A stretch of DNA of 64,000 nt, from contig NC_086097.1 of the NCBI RefSeq assembly GCF_963921235.1, positions 15,872,001 through 15,936,000 of the forward strand, given 5' to 3'. This document shows positions 35,151 to 48,304 of this stretch, in pieces; the first letter of the stretch is position 1, and each line of letters begins with the position of its first letter. Position numbers and translations under genes: made by a program. The notes under the pieces were generated by a model that worked only from the letters and a program-made list of their open reading frames with translations, had not been told where the DNA came from and did no database searches. Origin of the DNA: Mobula hypostoma. Taxonomy: Eukaryota.

Positions 35151-37676
35151 TAAGTTGCCCTTAGTGTCTGTTACTGCAAGAAAAAAAACAATCCAAGCCT
35201 ATCCAGTCTCTACTTGTAACTCAGAGCCACCAGTCTTAGCAGCTTCCTTCTGAATCTTTTCTGTGCCCTCTAACATAATCATATCCTTCCAGTAGTATAC
35301 AGACCTGAGCTGCATATAATATCCTCATGCTATTTTGTACAACTCTAACATGATGTTTCATTTCTTGCACAAAATGCTGGGCGAACTCAGAAGGTCAGTT
35401 AGAATCTATGAAGAGGAATCAATAGTCAATGTCTCAACTGAAGAGTCTTGGTCTTTATCAGATGCTGCCTGACCTGCTGAGTTCCACCAGTGTTTGTGTA
35501 CGTCACTCTGGAATGGTGCAGAATCTCTTGTGTCCCACCTCTTGTACAGGTTTTCCCCAGGTTACATCAGGGTTACATTTGTGAGAATTGTTCACACCCA
35601 GTAAGATTGGTGGCTAAGATTAACTGTGGCCACCAAATCCATATTGATGTTCTCCCAAATGCTCCTTCATAAATGTTACTTGCCTCTTCATGGAACTTCA
35701 GCATACTAGTAAAACAAGTTGGGTGTACAGAGATTTTTAGAATCTATACTTGGTGTCCCAAGGGATGCGATGGGAGTATAGCGGTTAGTATTACAACTTG
35801 AGGCGCCAGAGTCAGGGTTCAATTTTGGTGTCCTCTGTAAGGAGTTTGTACAGTATCTCTGCTACCCCATAGGTTTTCTCCAGGTGCTATGGTTTCCTCT
35901 CAAGGTATGTTAATTGGTCAAAGTAAATGGTCCTGTGATTAGGGTGTGGTTAAATTGGTGAATTGCTGAGCATTAGGCTGGAAGTGCCTATTCCCCACTG
36001 TTCCCAACCTTTTTTTATGGTATGAACTGATATCATTAAGCAAGGGGTCTGTGGAGCCCAGGTTGGGAACCATTGCTGTAAATAAATAAATAAATAAATA
36101 AATAAATGAACTGGTGAAGGCAAACTTGCGATATGCGACACACCCAAGATACTGGGGGAACTCAGCAGGCCAGGCAGCATCTATGGAAATGAATAAACAG
36201 TCAGTGGTTTGGAGTAATACCCTTCTTCACTACTGAGAAGGAAGGGGGGAGGAGACAGAGGCTAGCTGGAAGGTGATAGATGAAGTCAGGTGAGTGGGAA
36301 AGATCAAGGGCTGGTGAAGAAAGAATCCGATAGGAGAGGAGAGTGGACAATAGGAAAAAGGGAAGGAGGAGAGGGCTTGGGGGAAGTAATAGGCAGGTGA
36401 GACAGTCAGAGTGGGGAATAGCGGAAGGCAGGAGGGTGGAAATTTTGTTCACTGAAGGAGAAATCGATATTCATATGATCAGGTTGGAGGGTGCCCAGGC
36501 AGGATATAAGTTGTATTCCTCCTTCACCACCCTGTCTAACTGTGTTGCCACTCTTGGGGAACTGTGTACTTATGCACCAGCTTCTCTGTTCTGCAACACT
36601 CTCCAGGGCCCTGTCATCACTGTCCAAATTTCCAAATGCATCACTTTGCACTCAAGTGGTGCAACTGAATGGCAGTGTGCGTGACAGTAAATTATAAACA
36701 TGACATTGTGGCATTCAACCTAAGTAACTCTGTTCAATTGTCTGGAGGCTTGAGCTCACAATACTGAATGAGAAATAAATTGCAACCTACCAAGCCATGT
36801 CTAAAACACATAGTGTGAGTGAAGTTTGAAATTATTTATGTAACTTCCATGTTAATTCAACAGCGATGTTGCGAGCATTGGAGGAAGTGAATTGTATTAA
36901 TGGTTTGTGTTACTGTAATTGATCTGAAAACCTGCAAAGCCAGTTGGCCAAGGAGAGCTGGGAACAGAAACCACTTTTGATTTAAAAGATCTTTTCAGAC
37001 TGAAGCATTTGAGCAGCAGTTTACAGTAACAATTTAGGTTTAGTGATTTTTCTCTGCAGTTAATTTACTGATCGTAATACAGAATAATCTGGCTCTAAGG
37101 AATATAATTTGTAAAATAATTGAACGGCTAATCAAGATCGTCATCCAGTGAAGAATTTTATGGATGGCTGAATTGTGGCAGCTGAGACTTTTTTTGGTTT
37201 AGAGATACATTGTAGTAACAGGCCCTTACAGTCCAACGAGCTCTTGCCACCCAATTACATCTATGTGACCATTTAATCTGCTAACCGTACATCTTTGGGA
37301 TGGGAGGAAACCAGAACACCAGGAGGAAACCCATGCAGTCACTGCAAGAGTGTACAGACTCCTTACAGGCTGTGGCAGGAATTGATAACAGGTTGCAGGC
37401 ACTGTAAAACGTTATGCAAGTCACCGTGCAGCCCGTATTCAATTTATTGAAATGTACAAGACTGCAGATGTCGGAAGTCTGGAGCAAAACATATTGGAGT
37501 CAATTCCCTCCATAGGTAGTGTCTGATTTGCTGAGTCCCTCCAGATCCTTTTGAGTGTTGGTTGAATTCTCTGAATTCATATTGAATCTTTCTCAGAGGA
37601 GGCCTGTTAAACCCACTTCCTGTACAACTTGTGTATGGAGAGTACAAACTCTGAAACAGGCTACTCAGACCATCAA

Positions 37677-38427
37677 CACATACAAGATGCTGGAGAAACT
37701 CAGCAGGCCAGGCAGCATCTATGGAAAAGAGTACAGTCGACGTTTCAGGCCAAGACCCTTCATCAGGAATGGAGAAAAAAAGATGGAGAGCCAGAGTTAG
37801 CGGGTGGGGGGAGGGGAGGAAGAAACACAGGTGATAGGTGAAGCCCGGCGGGGGGTAGAGGGATGAAGTAAAGAGCTGTGAAGGTGATTGGTGAAAGAGA
37901 TACAGGGCTTGAAAAGGAGGAATCTGATAGGAGAGGACAGAAGTCCATGGAAGAAAGAAAAGGGGGAAGAGCACCGGAGGGAGGTGATGGGCAGGTATGG
38001 AGATGGGGTGAGAGAGGGAAAAGGGAATGGGGAATGGTGAAGTGGTGGGGAGGCATTACTGGAAGTTTGAGAAATTGATGTTTATGCCATCAGGTTGGAG
38101 GCTACCCAGATGGAATATAAGGTGTTGCTCCTCCAACCTGAGATTCCCCCTTCTCCGGCCCAGTATCTCTTTCACCAATCAACTTCCCAGCTCTTTACTT
38201 CACCCCTCCTGTTTTCACCAACCACCTTGTGTTTCTTCCTCCCTTCGCCCCCCCCCCCCCGCCACTCTCTAACTCTGATTACTCATCCTTTTTTCTATAG
38301 TCCTGGTGAAGGATCTCAGCCCAAAATGTTGACTATATTCTTTTCCGTAGATGCTGAGTTCCTCCAGCATTTTGTGTGTGTTGCTTGGATTTCTAGCTTC
38401 TGCACATGTTCTCTTGTTTGTGATTAG
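37677..38427. mobile_element. Older head-to-head PLE insertion; minus-strand hammerhead core CTGATGA..GAAACGTC at about 37734-37770
   Basis: TSD ACTCAG(A/C)CCATCAA at 37663-37676 and 38428-38441. Orientation switches near 38143. Confidence 0.82.
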
Positions 38428-38834
38428 ACTCAGCCCATCAAACAGCTCTTGTCACATCTACCAGAGTCTGCAGATCCTTCAGCCACTTAAATCCATGGAA
38501 CTGACATGAATGCGAGCCCATTTTTATTGTGGCGATTGCCTAAAATGTTGTTCAATGGAGGATGGGAGCCAGCTTGTGGCTTTTTTAAAAGTAACACACA
38601 CAAAATGCTGGAGGAACTCAGCAGGTCAGGCCGCATCTGTGGAGGGAAATGAACAGACAACATTTCAGGCACTGACAATTTATTACTCTCCATAGATGCT
38701 GCCTGACCTGCACAGTTCCTCCAATCTTATGTGTGTGTCACCCCAGATTTCCAGTATATGCCGATTCTCTTGTGATTTGTAACTTTATTTTTCATGGCTT
38801 TCCTTGTTTTTGACGATTGCTTGCTGATGTATAA

Positions 38835-39011
<177 letters not shown>

Positions 39012-40835
39012 TAATGAAATTTTTAAGGTGTTGCAGTAAACCTTGAAATAGATGAGTGTGTAGGTGGTGGGTTGTAATGGGGATGTGTTGGAGAATTTTT
39101 GGCATGATCATTACTGGGGAGAGAAAGCAATACGACAGGCCACAGGGTAGGATCCATTCACTACGCTAGTGAGGACCTGAGGTATGATGTTACACTGAGG
39201 CAGTGGGATGAAGGGATAACAGGTGTCAGGGATCGGTGAGTGGTGGAGCAGCAAGGACTCGGAGACAGATTCCACGTGTTGCTTAAACATGGCAGTGACC
39301 TTGGGAAATGTGTATTCCACAGGAAAAATTCTATTAGAGTCATAGAGTGAAACAGCATAGGAACAGGCCTTCTACCCATCCATCCATGCTTGTCATCACT
39401 ACTAATCCTATTTACTGACTCTCGATACGTGGCCTCCTATGCCTTGGCAATTCAAGTGCTTCTTGTTGGAGAGAGTTTGTTGCAAAGGCAACTTATTGTA
39501 AATCAAGCAACAAGTAGAAGCAGGAGGAATCCATTCAGCCCTTTGTGTCTGCTGTACTATTCAGCAAAATCCTGGGCAAAGGAAACACATAGTCATAAGG
39601 AACTACATCACAGTAACAGGCCCTGCAGCCAATCTGGTCCATGCCAAACCATTTAAACTGCCTGCTCCCATCGATCTAGAAACATAGAAAACCTACAGCA
39701 TAATACAGGCCCTTTGACCCACAAAGCTGTGCTGAACATGTCCCTACCTTAGAACTACCTAGGCTTTACCCATAGCCCTCTATTTTTCCATCCAGGAGTC
39801 TCTTAAAAAACCCTATCGTTTCCACCAAAACCACCGCCACTGGCAGCCCATTCCACACACTCACCACTCTCTGTGTCAAACAAACTTACCACTGACATCT
39901 CCTCTGTACCTACTTCCAAGCACCTCTCATGCTAGCCATTTCAGCCCTGGGGAAAAGCCTCTGACCATCCACATGATAAATGCCTCTCATTATCTTGTAC
40001 ACCTCTATCAGGTCACCTCTCATCCTCTGTCATTCCAAGGAGAAAAGGCTGAGTTCACTCAGCCTATTCTCATAAGGCATGCTCCCCAATCCAGGCAACA
40101 TCTGCTCCGGGACCATAGCCCTCCCATTCGTATACCTATCTAAACTTCTCTTAAACATTGAAATTGAATTCACGTCCACCACTTGCTCTGGCAGCATGTT
40201 CCACACACTCAACACCTTCTGAGTGAAGAAGTTTCCTCTCATGTTCCGCTTAAACATTTCACCTTTCACCCTTAACCTATGACCTCTAGTTGTAGTCCTA
40301 CACATCCTCAGTGGGGAAAAAACCTGCTTGCAATTACCCTATCTATACCCCCCCATAATTTTGTTTATCTCTATCAAATCTTCTCTCTACCTTCTACATT
40401 CTAGGGAATGATATTATCTAGCATCTGATGGAACTCCTAGGAATATGTCTGTAATTTAACCAACTGCTGATTTGGAACTGAGCTTCAGCAGATTTAAACA
40501 AGATGAAACTGATTTAAGTAGCTTACCTAGGACATTACTTGATTATGCCCGACTCAAATCTTGGATGTAATTTTTTTTTAGGGTTCACCAGAAAAGCAGA
40601 TCAACATTTTATGTGGCTTTTTATGGGAGGAAATCTATGGGGAGAAGGACCAGTGATGTTCGATGATTCTGTGCTTCTCTGAGCTATAAAGACACAAACT
40701 TTACATACTACTTTTCTATAAGGATCAAAGATCCTCATTCGCCGTACATATTTGCATGTAATAGGAATTTGTCGTGATGTATTGGCATGATATGCAACTA
40801 AACACAAGAATATTCAGCAATTATAAAGAATTATA

Positions 40836-41439
40836 CGAGGGGTGATTCATAAGTTCGTGGCCTAAGGTAGAAGGAGTCAATTTTAGAAAACCCAGCACAT
40901 TGATTTTTCGACATAGTCTTCTCCTACATGTATACTCTTAGTCCAGCGGTCGTGGAGCATACAGATCCCTTCTTCGTAGAAGTGGTCCATAGCAGAGGTG
41001 ATTGATAATTTCGTGGAGATGAGTTATTAACTTAAACTTTCTGCATTATCACTCAGAGTTGAACTGCACATGCATGTAATGAGAGCGTCTTGGACCTCCA
41101 GGTGGTCCACAGCAGGGGTGATTGATAAGTTTGTGGCCTTAGGTAGAAGGAGATGTTATACCGCTCTCGTTACATGCACGTGCAGTTCAACTCTTGGAGT
41201 GAAAATGCAGAAAGTTTGAAGTTAATAACTCATCTCCTTCTACCTTAGGCCATGAACATATCAATCACCCCTTTTGTGGACACTTTCTGGAGGTCCAGGA
41301 CGCCGACTTCTGCAAAGAAGGGATCGGTAAGCTCTACGACCGCTGGACTAAGTGTGTAAATGTAGGAAAAATAAATGTGTTAGGTTTTCTAAAAGTGACT
41401 CCTTCTACCTTAGGCCACAAACTTATCAATCACCCCTCT
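40836..41439. mobile_element. Mariner-type MITE
   Basis: TA-flanked TIRs CGAGGGGTGATT(C/G)ATAAGTT, with internal repeats of the TIR motif. Confidence 0.82.
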
Positions 41440-41886
41440 TATATAGGTACAGAAATGGAATAAAATATGCATAAATACCAGCTTAGATTTGCAGTGTAAA
41501 CAGCATTATATAAAGTGGTTTAAAGTGTTTACAGTGCATTGATTGAGGTAATAGAGGGGGTGGTGTTCGTCCAATTAGAATGGTTTATCAGATTAATTAC
41601 CTCGGGGAAGAAACTTTTAAGATGACGTGAAGATTTTTGATTTTATTTTAGCCCTATAGCGCTTTCTAGAAGGGAACTTTTGGAAAAGGCAACTTGCTGA
41701 GTGGATAGTGTCAGCAATGGGCTTTCCTGCCCGCTTTTTTGTGCTGGACAGCTACAAGGCAGTGATTATGGACTACAGCCAGTGACCTTTCCTGCTGTCC
41801 TGAGGGTTCACTGTGGTTTTCATATATTGTGAGAGGATGCAGCACTACAACAGACAGTTCTAATAGCGTGTGCTTTCTCTGTCCAG

Positions 41887-42095
41887 CTTTCTATGTGAAA
41901 ATAATGATGGAGACAAAGGATGGGCTGTTTGACACCAAGAAGACTCGCCCTCTGAAAGCTGTGAACGGCCAGGTGAAGTGGGGAGAAACATTTCTCTTCC
42001 CTGTTGCTCAAAATGAGCTCCTTTTCCAGAGAGTTAGTTTTACCCTGAAACTCTACAGCAAGAGTTCGGTCAGAAGAAAGCATCACTTGGGCCAG
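41887..42095 (+). CDS. TC2N: TC2N coding exon, C2B with polybasic stretch
   Basis: ttctctgtccag| ... |gtatgt. (T)FYVKIMMETKDGLFDTKKTRPLKAVNGQVKWGETFLFPVAQNELLFQRVSFTLKLYSKSSVRRKHHLGQ. Confidence 0.96.
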
Positions 42096-42446
42096 GTATG
42101 TCCTACTTATTCCACAGGCTGGGAATATCTGCTGACGGCAAAGAAGCTCAAGTATGGCTCTTTCAAGACGTGCTGTTAAACTTGCTTTTGGAAAGAAAGC
42201 TGTGTGTTAACTGGAGAGCAGTGTGTGGGATAGGATCGTAGAAACAGAGTGAGCAAGTGTGGGAAGAGAGGCAGCTCAGCTTGACCCAGCCCTCGACAGA
42301 AGCAGCTCAGGTGGTGTGCTTCACATCCACACCCACACCCACAGATCTCAGAGGCACAGCAAGTAGCCTTTTCCACCTGGCATGCACAAGCAGCCCAGAA
42401 TGTGAATGAAATTCCAACATTCAGTGCCGAGATACTGGATTATCAC

Positions 42447-43012
42447 CATAAGACTGTAAGATCTAGGAGCAGAATTAGGCCATTTGGCCCATCGAGTCTG
42501 CTCCGCCATTTCATCATGGCTGATCTATTATCCCTCTTAGCCCCAATCTCCTTCTTCTTCCTTTATCCCTTCATGCTCTAACCAATCAAAAATCTATCAA
42601 CCTCTGCCTTAAATATACCCGATGACTTGGCTTTCACAGCCGCCCGTGGCAACGAATTCCACAGATTCACCACTCTCTGGCTAAAGAAATTTGTCCTCCT
42701 CCCCATTCTAAATGGACACCCCTCTATTCTAAGGTTGTGTCCTCTGGTCTTAAACTCCTGTACATAGGAAACATCCTCTCCACATCCATTCTATTGAGGC
42801 CTTTCATCATTCAGTAGGTTTCAATGAGGTCACCCTTCATTCTTCTGTATTCCAGTGAGTACAGGCCCAAAGCCATCAAACACTCTTCATATGACAATCC
42901 TTCCAATCGTGGAATCATTTTCGTGAACCTGCTTTGAACCCTCTCTAAAGTCAGCACATCCTTCCTAGGATAAGGGGCCCAGAACTGCTCACAATACTCC
43001 AAGTGAGGCCTC
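42447..43012 (-). mobile_element. CR1 3' fragment; similar minus-strand fragments at about 39560-40410, 46302-46910 and 56480-57240
   Basis: ORF 42811-43080 'RPHLEYCEQFWAPY.RKDVL.LERVQ.RFTKMIP'. Confidence 0.88.
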
Positions 43013-44164
43013 TCCAGTTTTTTGAGATAACAGCAGGAACAAACAGTTAATCTGGACATTAACTGGGGTACCGAATCCACTCACACTTGGATTTCCCACT
43101 TTAGGAAAAATAAACAGAAAATGCTGAATTTACTTAATGGTTTTGGGGGGTGGGGTTGAGGGGTTGCAGAGAGATGTTTTTTCTTCAGTGTTTCCTCTTT
43201 CCAGGTTAGTGGGTTTAGTTGTGGAGGCTTTGTGGTTCGGTGTGTGGGAAGGGAATAGTGCTGCTGGAAGCTGCCAAAGAGAGAGGTTTACATTTGGAAG
43301 GCACATGGCAACCTAATCTAAGGTGTATAATACGGAAGGAAGGGAATTGATGTGAGGAAGAGTGGGCAGAGTTAGAAAAATAATGCAATGTATAAATAGA
43401 AGTTGTCACATTATTAGACATGGTCCAAAATTCCCCCATTGAATCCTTTCCTTGTCTGTTGCACTTACTGATTGATTGAGTAGTTGTAACACTTTGAAAT
43501 AGGAATTATAAATCAATATCTTGGGGACCTCCTTCAGCATATTTCAAAAACCTTGGCACCATTCCAAAAGTAAACTGTTGTTTCTGATCTGGGAGATAAA
43601 TGTTTTTTTGTTCTGGCTGTTGTCTCAAAGCACAGGTGACACCCCAGTATCTCTGCATTGGATGTTGGAATTTCAATCACATTCAGTGCTGCTCATATAT
43701 GCCCTGTGGGAATGGGTACTAGCTATGTTTCTGGGATCTGTGGATGTGGAGATTCCACCACCTGAGCTGTTTCGGTCAAGGGCTTGGTCAAGCTGAGCAG
43801 AGCTGGGAAATTCTGAGCAGACTTGTTCGCTCACTGAGTCACCAAGACTGGCAGTCACTCTGCCCACACTTGCTTCTTTAATCCTTTCCCACACACTATT
43901 CGTTTTCATTTAAAACATACTTTCAATTCAGACCATGAGCAGTTCCTATCATAACCTGGGGACTTACCGTACTTGAAGCTGGTGGGCGGAGACCCTTTTA
44001 TAGAAGACCAGTATTACATGGTGATGCTTTGGGCTTTTTAACCCACTACATGTCACCCATTTCATGACTTTACTGAACAAGGCCATTTATATCTAACAAA
44101 GCCAGTCAATGATGTAATTGTGCTAGCAAGTCTTGTTCACCATTGGCCCTTCCAAAGTCAATCT

Positions 44165-44195
<31 letters not shown>

Positions 44196-46912
44196 TTGTT
44201 TATTTATTGAGATCCGGCACGGAGTAGCCCTTTATGGCCCTTTGAGCCTTAAAGGCAAATTCCCCAATTTAATCCTAGCCTAACCACAGGATAACTTACA
44301 ATGACCAATTAAACTACCAACCGGTGGAGTGAGACCTAGAGGAATCCCACACAGACATGGGGAGAACGTACAAACACCGTATAGGCAGCAGGTCACTGGT
44401 ATTATAAGGTGTTGTGCTAACACTACAATCCTGCCCCATGAGTTAAAACAAATACATAGATCACAGCTGTTTTCCAAAGCACAATTTGCCAGGAGAACAG
44501 GCTTTGGGCATTAGCTTTATGGAAGACAGGAGAATGGGGTTGAGAGGATAATAAATGGGCCACGAAAGAAAGGCGGAGCACACTCGAAGGGCTGAATGGC
44601 TTAATTCTGCTCCTTTGTCTTGTAGTAGATCAATGTAACCTATTTCCACCTGTTATCAATTTTTGTCACATTCTTGCTGCTGGCATAGACTGCTGACATG
44701 AAAATACGCCTGTAGCCTCAACCACCTCCTTTGAAGTCTGCTTATCTTTTATCTGCTCATGGACATATCAATCCTTCACCAGACAAGGGCTAGGGGAATG
44801 TAATAACTTGTAATTGTTTGTTATGTAGTTGGAGATTTCTGAGCCATCTCAGCAGCATAGGAACAGCTAGTGACAGATTAAGTCATCACAAATAAGCTTT
44901 GAGGGGTGGGGATGCAAATCGCACAATTTAACTGGGATGAGTTTTGCTTCAACAAGCCAGGTGATTGTTTGCATTGTGCAATGCAAGAATCACACCCTTC
45001 ATGAGGTCATCATTGACATACTTGTATAAGTTTCCCTCTAGCCATTTAGTTTTACCACAAAGATACTTTTCATTAATGTTTCAATTAAATGGGCAAGGCA
45101 ACACCATTGGTTTGGTTATCAATTACTGTACTCCTTGCACACAGATAAATGGCCAACATCAGCTGTATCACTTTCACTGGCTCATGTTTGACCATTCATT
45201 CTGTAGTTTCAAAAGATCTGTTTCCTCTCGGAAGCCAAAGAAGCCTTTGTAGTACCAGGCCTCTTAAATTACAGTACAAATAAATCTGTAAGGGCTTGAA
45301 TTACAGGCTTAGTTTAGAACTCCGAAAATTACATTGAGAAATGTACTACTAAACCTTTCTTGAAATGTACTGCAGGGAGTGGTGGGTGAATGGAATGCAC
45401 TACCAGGAATGGTTTTAGAGACAGATACAGTAGAGGCTTTTAAGAGACACATAGACGTAAGTAAAATGGAGACCTACATGTGAGGGAAGAGTAGGTTAAT
45501 CTTAGAGTAGGTTAAAAGGTCAACACAACTTTGTTTACCCTCTGACTCACCAAATTTTGGGAGTTCATAGAACACAGAATAATACTGTGCTGTACTGTTC
45601 TATGTTCTATGAACTTCCGAACTCTGGTGAGTCAGAGGCTAAAGTAGGGGAGGCGAAACACTTGTGCTTTATATTTTTTTGCCAAATTGTGGGCTGAAGG
45701 ACAAGAAAAGGGGGTGGTTGTGGTTATTTATATTTCGCAATGGTGGCACCTACCTTAATTTTAACAACTAATTGAGTCTAACCACAGCTGAGCAGACTTT
45801 CCAGACTTTGGGAAGCTTCCCACATAGAGGAGGTGCGATGGCCAGAATCCAGGAGGGAGCTGTCCCAGGAGGAGTAATTGGGTGGAGAGTCTTGACAGTC
45901 ATTTGGTAACTTCCCTCCCTTACAAGACTTGCTTCTAGACATTAAGTGTTGGGATCCTGGACATTAATTAAGCAAAGTGCTGAGATCCTCCTTCAAAAGC
46001 AGAATGTTTTCAAACACTGAAGAGAAAAACAAAAATCTTGGGGTGAAGTGTCTGAATCCGGTGCAGGAGAGGCCTGACTTGCATTCATTCATGACCCCAC
46101 AGCCACCATTATGGACGATTACATTGCCCCATATTACAACAATTTGTTATGGGAAGCATGACATCTGTGTGTGCATCAAGAAATGCAAATTGAAAAATAT
46201 AAATTATGGTTTATTTGCTTCACAAATTTTGTGAGAGCAAATTTTATTCTGTTCTCGAATGTTTACGTTGGAATTTGTAACAGTGACACTCCATTACCTA
46301 AACCATAAGACCATAAGATATAGGAGCAGAATTAGGCCATTTAGCCCATTTGAGTCTGGCGAATCATGGCTGATCCATATTTTTCCTTCCCCAGCCTCAC
46401 TCTGTGGCCTTCTCCCCCATAACCCTTGATACCGTGTCCAATCAAGGACCTATCAAGTTCTGCCTTGAATATACCCAATGACCTGGCCTCCACAGCTGCC
46501 TGTGGTAATAAATTCCACAAATTCACCACCCCTCTGGCTAAAGAAATTTCTCCACATCTCTGTTTTAAGTCGATCCCCCTCTATCCTGAGCTGTGCCCTC
46601 TTGTTCTAGAATCGCCCACCATGGGAAACATCCTTTCCACATCTGTTCTATCAAGGCCTTTTCAACATTCAAAAGGAAATCTCTCCCCCCCCACCGCACC
46701 CCATCCTTCTAAATTCTGGTGAGTACAGACCCAGAGCTATCAAACGTTCCTCATAGGATAACCCTTTTATTCCCAGAATGATCTTTGTGAACCCTAGGGT
46801 GCAGTTCATCTGGCCTGGATGACTTAACACCATTAGGCCTTTTAGCTTTTTGAGCACCTTCTCCCTTGTAATTGTAACTGCACTCACTTCTCTTCCCTCG
46901 CACCCTTGAAAA

Positions 46913-47476
46913 CACTGGACAACAATTTTTTTCAGAAGTGTTGCTTCCTCAGAATTTTAATTTGTTTATGATAGACTGCTTGAAGGTGAACACAAATATA
47001 ATTTCAGACTACTTGTATCACGTAGGAATTCGGAGAAACAACAAATTAACTTTTATTGACTATAATGTGTTTAAATGCATAATGGTTCTGATGCTTTGCA
47101 ATAGTTCAACTAAGTTAAAAATATTTTGTTAATGGTTTTCATTTCTACTCAGTGTCTGGGGCTTCCCACTTAAGTGTCCAACAATAATTCACCAGCATTG
47201 ATTGATTCCAGTTGCCCTGGTATCTTTTCTCCATGACCGCAATGTCCTGGTGAAACCTTTCCCCATGCTCGTCACTAACAGCACCAAGAATGCAGGGAAG
47301 AAGTCTAAATGGGAATACAGAAAATGAATCTTTAGTGATATGTTGCATTTCATGGTTTTATGTGCTTGAAGCATGCTTTCAACCGGCTGCATATAATTTG
47401 GTGCTCTGCAGATGCCAAGAAAATTTTCAACAACTTCCTTGAACGCCTTCCATGTGATTTTCTCCGGTCCCACTAG
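46913..47476 (-). mobile_element. DNA-transposon 3' fragment, probably Chapaev3-like transposase C-terminus plus one terminus
   Basis: Two frameshifted ORFs give 'WKAFKEVVENFLG..RAPNY...M.CNISLKIHFL.SHLDFFP..LGAVSDEHGERFHQDI..MEKRYQG.WN.SML..YCWTLK'. Terminus CACTGG at 46913. Family assignment is from memory. Confidence 0.6.
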
Positions 47477-48304
47477 GAATTCCTAGTGGAGTTGAGCAAG
47501 TGTAAATAAGACCTCTGTGTTGGGAATATTGGCCTGGAGGAAGACATTGACTTTGGTTTGCTTATTCTGCCAGTAGATATGTAGGAGTTTGCAGTAGTGA
47601 TGTTAGTGGTCTCTCTCCAGTGCTCTAGGTTGATGTTGACGTCTCTGAAGCATACAAGAGAGTGATGATCAAGAAAATGAATTTCAACTTGGTCTTTGGT
47701 AACATATACAGTATTGTGTAAAAGTAATGTGAAAAAAAATCTGTAACATGAAAATGCTTTCAAGATAATGAAAAGTTTCTAAATATCAAAAATTTATTAA
47801 AAAGAGCCATAAACAATAAAAAAGACTAAATCAAATCAATATTTTGTGTGACGAGCCTTTGCTTTAAAAACTGCATTAGTTCTCTTGGGTACGCTGTCAT
47901 GCAGTTTTATAAGAAAATCAGCTAGTAGGTTGCTCCTCGGCTTGAAACGTCGACTGCACCTCTTCCTAGAGATGCTGCCTGGCCTGCTGCGTTCACCAGC
48001 AACTTTTATGTGTGTTGCTTGGATCATTTACCATAGTTCTGCAGACTACAGCTGTCCAGCTTGCTTCTGTCTTTCCAGGTAATCCCACAAGCCTTGATGT
48101 TGTTGAGATCAGAGCTTGGTGAAGGCCATACCACCTGAAACCATATTAAAAAAATCTAGGGTACCTAAAATTTTTGCAGAATACTGTACGTATTTTGATT
48201 ATAAATGAGTTTTCAGTTTTGAACAGGTCATGAGTTGTCAGTTGGGTCTGAGAACTTGATCGCCAAATAGATGACTATAATGCTGGACAGTTACATTGGA
48301 GATC

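Noticed and set aside
47473..47763. Minus-strand ORF with 'NLEHWRETTN', reminiscent of a tandem-C2 C-terminus
   Set aside because: Wrong strand, no WHxL motif, and it starts inside a Tc1 element. The true terminal exon is at 52894-53001.
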